DNA of 25,119 nt from the NCBI GenBank assembly GCA_035577825.1, contig DATLUW010001014.1:1-25119 (forward strand). The letters run 5' to 3'. This document shows positions 16,507 through 25,119 of this stretch, piece by piece. The stretch is from Actinomycetota bacterium. GTDB taxonomy: Bacteria; Actinomycetota; UBA4738; JACQTL01. Made by a program: the position numbers and the translations under genes. The notes under the pieces are model-generated. The model ran no database searches. It was given only the letters and a program-made list of their open reading frames with translations, and was not told the origin of the DNA. Position 1 is the stretch's first letter; each line of letters opens with the position of its first letter.

Positions 16507-16535
16507 TTGAAGGTGGCTCGCCCCGCGGCTATCCT
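16507..16535 (+). promoter_or_regulatory. pyr operon promoter
   Basis: TTGAAG, 17-nt spacer, TATCCT, directly upstream of the PyrR element. Confidence 0.75.
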
Positions 16536-16547
16536 TGTTCACGAACT

Positions 16548-17302
<755 letters not shown>

Positions 17303-17306
<4 letters not shown>

Positions 17307-18343
17307 ACAAGCACCTGCTGTCCATCCACGACGTGTCGGCGGAGGACATCGTCCGCATCCTCGATACGGCGGATTCCTTCCGCGAGGTGGGAACCCGCGT
17401 CATCAAGAAGGTCCCAGCGCTCCGGGGCCGGACCGTGGTCAACCTCTTCTACGAGAACTCGACGCGGACGCGGATCTCCTTCGAGCTGGCGGCGAAGCGC
17501 CTGTCCGCCGACGTCATCAACTTCTCGACGAGCGGTTCGAGCGTGTCGAAGGGCGAGTCGCTGAAGGACACCGCCCTGACCCTGCAGGCCATGGGCGCCG
17601 ACGCGGTCGTCATCCGGCACTCCTCGAGCGGGTCGCCGTTCCAGCTCACGAAGTGGATCAAGGGGAGCGTCCTGAACGCCGGCGACGGCACGCACGAACA
17701 CCCGACGCAGGCGCTGCTCGACCTGTACACGATCCGCGAGCGTGTCGGCCACCTCGAGGGCGCGAACGTGGCCATCGTCGGCGACGTCCTGCACTCGCGG
17801 GTGGCGCGGTCGCTCTCGTTCGCGCTGGTGAAGATGGGCGCGAACGTCACCCTGATCGGACCGCCCACGCTGATCCCGGCGCCGGCGCCGCAGTGGGGCG
17901 TGAACGTGTCGTACGACATCGAGAAGGTGCTCCCGACGCTCGACGTCTGCTACATGCTCCGCGTCCAGCGCGAACGCCAGCGCCAGCAGTACTTCCCGAG
18001 CGTGCGCGAGTACTCGCGGCTGTTCGGGCTCACCTCGGAGCGGGTCAAGCTGCTGCCGGAGGGCGCGCTGATCATGCACCCCGGCCCGATGAACCGGGGC
18101 GTCGAGATCGACTCCGACGTCGCCGATCTCCCGCAGGCCGTCATCGAGGAACAGGTCACGAACGGCATCGCCGTCCGGATGTCGCTGCTCTACCTCCTGC
18201 TCGGCTCCGGAGCACCGCCCCCCGAGGAGGAGGCGGCGGCGCCCGCGGCCGACGCCGCGCCCGAGCAGGTCACCCTGCCCGAGTCGGCCGATTCGACCAC
18301 GAGCACGACCGAGCCGAAGGTGGAGGTGGGGGCGGATGCCTGA
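17303..18343 (+). CDS. pyrB: Aspartate carbamoyltransferase catalytic subunit
   Basis: [61 protein letters not shown]; about 45-aa acidic C-terminal tail. Confidence 0.98.
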
Positions 18344-19640
18344 GCAGCGGATCCTGCTGACGAACGCCCGGGTGATCGATCCCGCGGGCGAGACCGACGA
18401 GATGCTGGACGTCCTCATCGAGGGTCCGACGATCGCCGGGGTCGGCCCCGGTCTCGCCGCCCCCGGCGCGGAGACGTTCGACTGCGACGGGCTGGTGCTC
18501 GCGCCGGGGTTGGTGGACCTCCACACGCACCTGCGCGAACCCGGCCGCGAGGACAAGGAGACGGTCGAGAGTGGCACGCGGGCCGCTGCGGCCGGCGGGT
18601 TCAGCGCGGTGTCCCCGATGGCGAACACCGACCCGGTTGCCGACAACGCGGCCGTGATCCACGAGGTCCGCGCGCTGGCGGCCGCGGCCGGGCTGTGCGA
18701 CGTATTCCCGGTGGGGGCCATCACGCGCGGGCTGGGCGGCGAGGAGATGGCCGAAATCGGCGAGATGGTCGAGGCCGGGGTTCGCGTGTTCAGCGACGAC
18801 GGGCGGTGCGTGCCGAGCGCGCGCGTCCTGCGCAACGCCCTGTACTACGCGCGGGCGTTCCCGGACGTGATCGTCGCCGAGCACTGCGAGGACCCTTCGC
18901 TCGCGGAGGGCGGGCAGATGCACGAGGGGTTCCACTCCTACTCGCTCGGGCTCGCCGGACAGCCCCGGGAGGCCGAGGAGGTCATCGTCGCGCGCGACCT
19001 GGCGCTCGCCCGGCTGACCGGCGGGCGACTGCACCTGTGCCACCTCTCGTCGGCCGGATCCGTGGACATGGTCCGGCGGGCGAAGGCCGAGGGCCTGCGG
19101 GTCACGGCCGAGGTCACGCCGCACCACCTCGTGTTCGCCGACGAGGACCTCGTCACCTACGACACGAACCTCAAGGTCCACCCGCCGCTGCGTTCGGTCG
19201 AGGACCGCGAGGCGCTGTGGGAGGGCCTGGCCGACGGCACGATCGACGCGGTGGCCACGGACCACGCGCCCCACGCGGTCGAGGAGAAGGAGGCGGAGTT
19301 CGACCAGTCGCCGCCGGGCACCATCGGGCTCGAGACCGCGCTGGCGGCCGTGCTCACGCACGGCGTGGCGACCGGTCGGATCGGGCTGTCGCGCGTCATC
19401 GAGGCCATGTCGGCGGCGCCGGCCGGGATCCTGGGCGCTTCGGAGCACGGCGGTCCCGTCGAGGCCGGCCGCGTCGCGAACCTCGTCGTGTTCGACCCGG
19501 CAGCCGAGTGGGTGGTCGAGGCGCCGTTCGTGTCGAAGAGCCGGAACTCGGCCTTCCTGGGCCACACGCTCACGGGGAGGGTCGTCCACACGCTGTACCG
19601 GGGGGAGCCGATCGTCGCGAACGGCAAGGCCCAGCGGTGA
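18336..19640 (+). CDS. pyrC: Dihydroorotase (type I)
   Basis: [46 protein letters not shown]. Confidence 0.97.
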   Translation: MPEQRILLTNARVIDPAGETDEMLDVLIEGPTIAGVGPGLAAPGAETFDCDGLVLAPGLVDLHTHLREPGREDKETVESGTRAAAAGGFSAVSPMANTDPVADNAAVIHEVRALAAAAGLCDVFPVGAITRGLGGEEMAEIGEMVEAGVRVFSDDGRCVPSARVLRNALYYARAFPDVIVAEHCEDPSLAEGGQMHEGFHSYSLGLAGQPREAEEVIVARDLALARLTGGRLHLCHLSSAGSVDMVRRAKAEGLRVTAEVTPHHLVFADEDLVTYDTNLKVHPPLRSVEDREALWEGLADGTIDAVATDHAPHAVEEKEAEFDQSPPGTIGLETALAAVLTHGVATGRIGLSRVIEAMSAAPAGILGASEHGGPVEAGRVANLVVFDPAAEWVVEAPFVSKSRNSAFLGHTLTGRVVHTLYRGEPIVANGKAQR

Positions 19641-19687
19641 TCCCGCCGATGCCCGCGCCCGGGGCCGCCCTCGGGGGCGGGCGGTGA
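19637..19687 (+). CDS. Putative bridging micro-[19 protein letters not shown]
   Basis: GTGA overlaps at both ends; flanked by the 7-bp direct repeat GCGGTGA (19634-19640, 19681-19687). Confidence 0.35.
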   Translation: MIPPMPAPGAALGGGR

Positions 19688-19700
19688 CGCCCGCCCCCGA
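19671..19700 (+). promoter_or_regulatory. 13-bp perfect hairpin with the carA start codon in its loop
   Basis: TCGGGGGCGGGCG [GTGA] CGCCCGCCCCCGA. Confidence 0.6.
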
Positions 19701-20835
19701 AGCCCTGCTGGTGCTGGAGGACGGCTCGTCGTTCCCCGGGCGCGCCTTCGGCGCGCCCGGGGAGGCCTTCGGCGAGGCGGTCTTCAACACCGGGATGATC
19801 GGATACCAGGAAGTCCTCACCGACCCGTCCTACGCGGGGCAGGTGGTCGTGATGACCGCGCCGCACCAGGGGAACTACGGCGTCAACCGGGAGGACCCCG
19901 AGTCCGCCGGCGTGCAGGTGGCCGGGTTCGCCGTGCGCGAGGCCAGCCGACGGGCCTCGTCGTGGCGGGCCGACCGGACGCTGGGGGAGGAGCTCGAGGC
20001 GGCCGGGACCGTGGCGATCGAGGGGATCGACACGCGGCGGCTGACGCTCCGGATCCGGGGCGGCGGGGCCATGCGGTGCGCGGTCAGCACCGAGGACCTC
20101 TCCGTCTCCTCGCTGCTGGCTCGGGTGCGCTCGCACGACGGGATGGAGGGGGCGGACCTGGCCGCCTCGGTGAGCACGCGCGAGCCGTACGCGGCGTGCG
20201 ATCTGGCCGGCCCCGCTTCGGCGGCACACGGTCGGGTGTTCCGTGTCGCGGCGTACGACTTCGGGATCAAGCGGAACATCCTGCGGTCGCTCGCTGCGAG
20301 CGGGATCGAGGCGAACGTGTTCCCGGCCACGACCCCGGCTGCGGAGGTGCTCGAAGGCGGGTTCGACGGCGTGTTCCTGTCGAACGGGCCCGGCGACCCG
20401 GCGGCGACCACGTACGGCGTCGAGGCCTGCAGCGGGCTGCTCGGCCGGATGCCGGTGTTCGGCATCTGCCTGGGGCACCAGCTCATGGCGCGGGCGCTCG
20501 GGCTCGGCACGTACAAGCTGAAGTTCGGCCACCGCGGCGCGAACCAGCCGGTCCTGAACGTCGACACCGGGCGCGTCGAGATCACGAGCCACAACCACGG
20601 CTTCGCGGTCGATCCCGGCGCCGACGCGCGATCACGGCCGGCCGGGGTCGACTTAGAACGCGGCGCGGTGACGTTCACGCACTGGAACCTGAACGACGAC
20701 ACGTTGGAAGGCCTGCGCTGCAACGATCTCGCGGCCTTCAGCGTGCAGTACCACCCGGAGGCGTCGCCCGGTCCGCACGACGCCGCGTACCTGTTCGCCG
20801 AGTTCCGTTCGCTGATGGAGCACCGAAAGGCATAG
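19684..20835 (+). CDS. carA: Carbamoyl-phosphate synthase small subunit
   Basis: GEAVFNTGMIGYQEVLTDPSY, SNGPGDP, GICLGHQL, SHNHGF, VQYHPEASPGPHD. Confidence 0.98.
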   Translation: MTPAPEALLVLEDGSSFPGRAFGAPGEAFGEAVFNTGMIGYQEVLTDPSYAGQVVVMTAPHQGNYGVNREDPESAGVQVAGFAVREASRRASSWRADRTLGEELEAAGTVAIEGIDTRRLTLRIRGGGAMRCAVSTEDLSVSSLLARVRSHDGMEGADLAASVSTREPYAACDLAGPASAAHGRVFRVAAYDFGIKRNILRSLAASGIEANVFPATTPAAEVLEGGFDGVFLSNGPGDPAATTYGVEACSGLLGRMPVFGICLGHQLMARALGLGTYKLKFGHRGANQPVLNVDTGRVEITSHNHGFAVDPGADARSRPAGVDLERGAVTFTHWNLNDDTLEGLRCNDLAAFSVQYHPEASPGPHDAAYLFAEFRSLMEHRKA

Positions 20836-20838
20836 GTC

Positions 20839-24131
<3,293 letters not shown>

Positions 24132-24135
<4 letters not shown>

Positions 24136-24206
24136 CCTCGCGGGGCGGCCGGGTGCCCCATGCCGCTGGGCGTTGCCGGCGCGGACCTGGGAAGGTGAAC
24201 GGGTGA
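24132..24206 (+). CDS. Putative bridging micro-[27 protein letters not shown]
   Basis: ATGA overlap with the carB stop and GTGA overlap with the pyrK start. Confidence 0.3.
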
Positions 24207-25069
24207 TTCGCGCCCGCTGTGAGGTCCTGTCGGCCCGGAAGGCCGGGCTGTTCCTCTCGGTCACGCTCGTCGCGCCCGAGATCGCCGAGCGCGCCCGGCC
24301 GGGGCAGTTCATCCTGATCGCCGTGCCCGCCGGGCGCGAGGTGTTCCTCCGGCGGCCGTTCTTCGTGCACCAGACCTCGCGCCGCGGCGGCTGGGCGGGC
24401 ACGCTCGAGTTCGTCGTCGACCCCGGGAACGACTCCGCGGAGTGGCTGGGCGAGCTCCGGCCGCACCAGTTCCTCGACGTGATCGGGCCGCTCGGCAAGC
24501 CGTTCTCGATGCCCCGGAAGCCGGTGAACTGCCTGCTGGTGTGCGAGGACCATGGGGTGGCGCCGCTGTACTTCCTCGCCGAGGAGCTGGCCGGGCGCGG
24601 GCACCGCGTCGACATGGTGATCGGCGGGGCGAACCAGGATCGCGTGTTCAAGCCGATCGAGGGCAAGCGCCTCGCCCGGACGATCGCCGTGGTGACGGAG
24701 GACGGCTCGGTCGGCGAGCACGGCACGATCGCCGACGTGCTGCCGGCCGTCGCCGACAAGTGTCACAGCGAGGTCCTGTACGCCGCCGGTCCGCGCCGCG
24801 CGCTGCAGATGGCGGCCGAGTTCTGCCGGTCGCGATCGATCCCCGCGCAGGTCGCGGTGGAGGAGCGCATGGCGTGCGGCCTCGGGCTGTGTTGGACGTG
24901 CACCGTTCCGGTCGCCCGCCGGGACGGGCGGGGGATCGACCACATCCGGGCCTGCGTCGACGGCCCCGCCATGAACGCCGGTCGCGTCGTGTGGGACCGG
25001 TGGTCGGCGTCCGAACCCGAGCCGACGCCGCCGGAGGGGTTCCCGGCCCTTGCCGCGCGGCCGGGCTGA
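24203..25069 (+). CDS. pyrK: Dihydroorotate dehydrogenase electron-transfer subunit
   Basis: RPGQF, LRRPF, DVIGPLGKPF, TEDGSVG, YAAGP, EERMACGLGLCWTC...CVDGP [2Fe-2S] motif; position in the pyr operon. Confidence 0.9.
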   Translation: MIRARCEVLSARKAGLFLSVTLVAPEIAERARPGQFILIAVPAGREVFLRRPFFVHQTSRRGGWAGTLEFVVDPGNDSAEWLGELRPHQFLDVIGPLGKPFSMPRKPVNCLLVCEDHGVAPLYFLAEELAGRGHRVDMVIGGANQDRVFKPIEGKRLARTIAVVTEDGSVGEHGTIADVLPAVADKCHSEVLYAAGPRRALQMAAEFCRSRSIPAQVAVEERMACGLGLCWTCTVPVARRDGRGIDHIRACVDGPAMNAGRVVWDRWSASEPEPTPPEGFPALAARPG

Positions 25070-25076
25070 GCCGATC

Positions 25077-25119
25077 ATGACCGCGTCCGACTGGAACGGC
25101 GGCCGAGGCGACCCGCCCA
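25077..25119 (+). CDS. Start of next gene, truncated (pyrD expected from context only)
   Basis: ATG 7 nt after the pyrK stop reads MTASDWNGGRGDPP. This is too short to identify. Confidence 0.35.
   Translation, partial: MTASDWNGGRGDPP

Overview
GC-rich chromosomal window (roughly 70% GC by eye). It most likely comes from a deep-branching Actinomycetota: the aroC-aroK-aroB-aroQ-pepQ-efp-nusB...pyrR-pyrB-pyrC-carA-carB order matches actinobacterial synteny, and the HTH protein is actinobacterial-type. Positions 1-9248 hold the distal part of a monoderm type IVa pilus cluster: the end of one pilin, a second pilin, PilV/W/X-like minor pilins (two are long and modular), pilD, a small BdtA/BldC-like DNA-binding protein, pilM-pilN-pilO and a PilP-like membrane protein. 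No pilB/C/T/Q lies in the window. Positions 9391-14865 carry aroC, an aroK-aroB fusion, aroQ, an Xaa-Pro peptidase, efp and nusB. A lone tatA (minus strand) and an ornithine cyclodeaminase-family gene follow. A PyrR-controlled pyr operon (pyrR, pyrB, pyrC, carA, carB, pyrK, start of one more gene) runs to the end. There is no mobile element, CRISPR array, rRNA or tRNA. The most unusual signals are regulatory. (1) The PyrR-binding hairpin hides the Shine-Dalgarno (SD) of an unannotated 27-codon leader ORF that crosses the attenuator terminator and overlaps the pyrR start. (2) Four operon gaps are spanned exactly by micro-ORFs that overlap the upstream stop and the downstream start by (A/G)TGA. 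(3) WhiG/sigma28-like promoter motifs and a BdtA/BldC-like regulator sit inside the pilus cluster. All mechanistic interpretations are inferences from the sequence alone.
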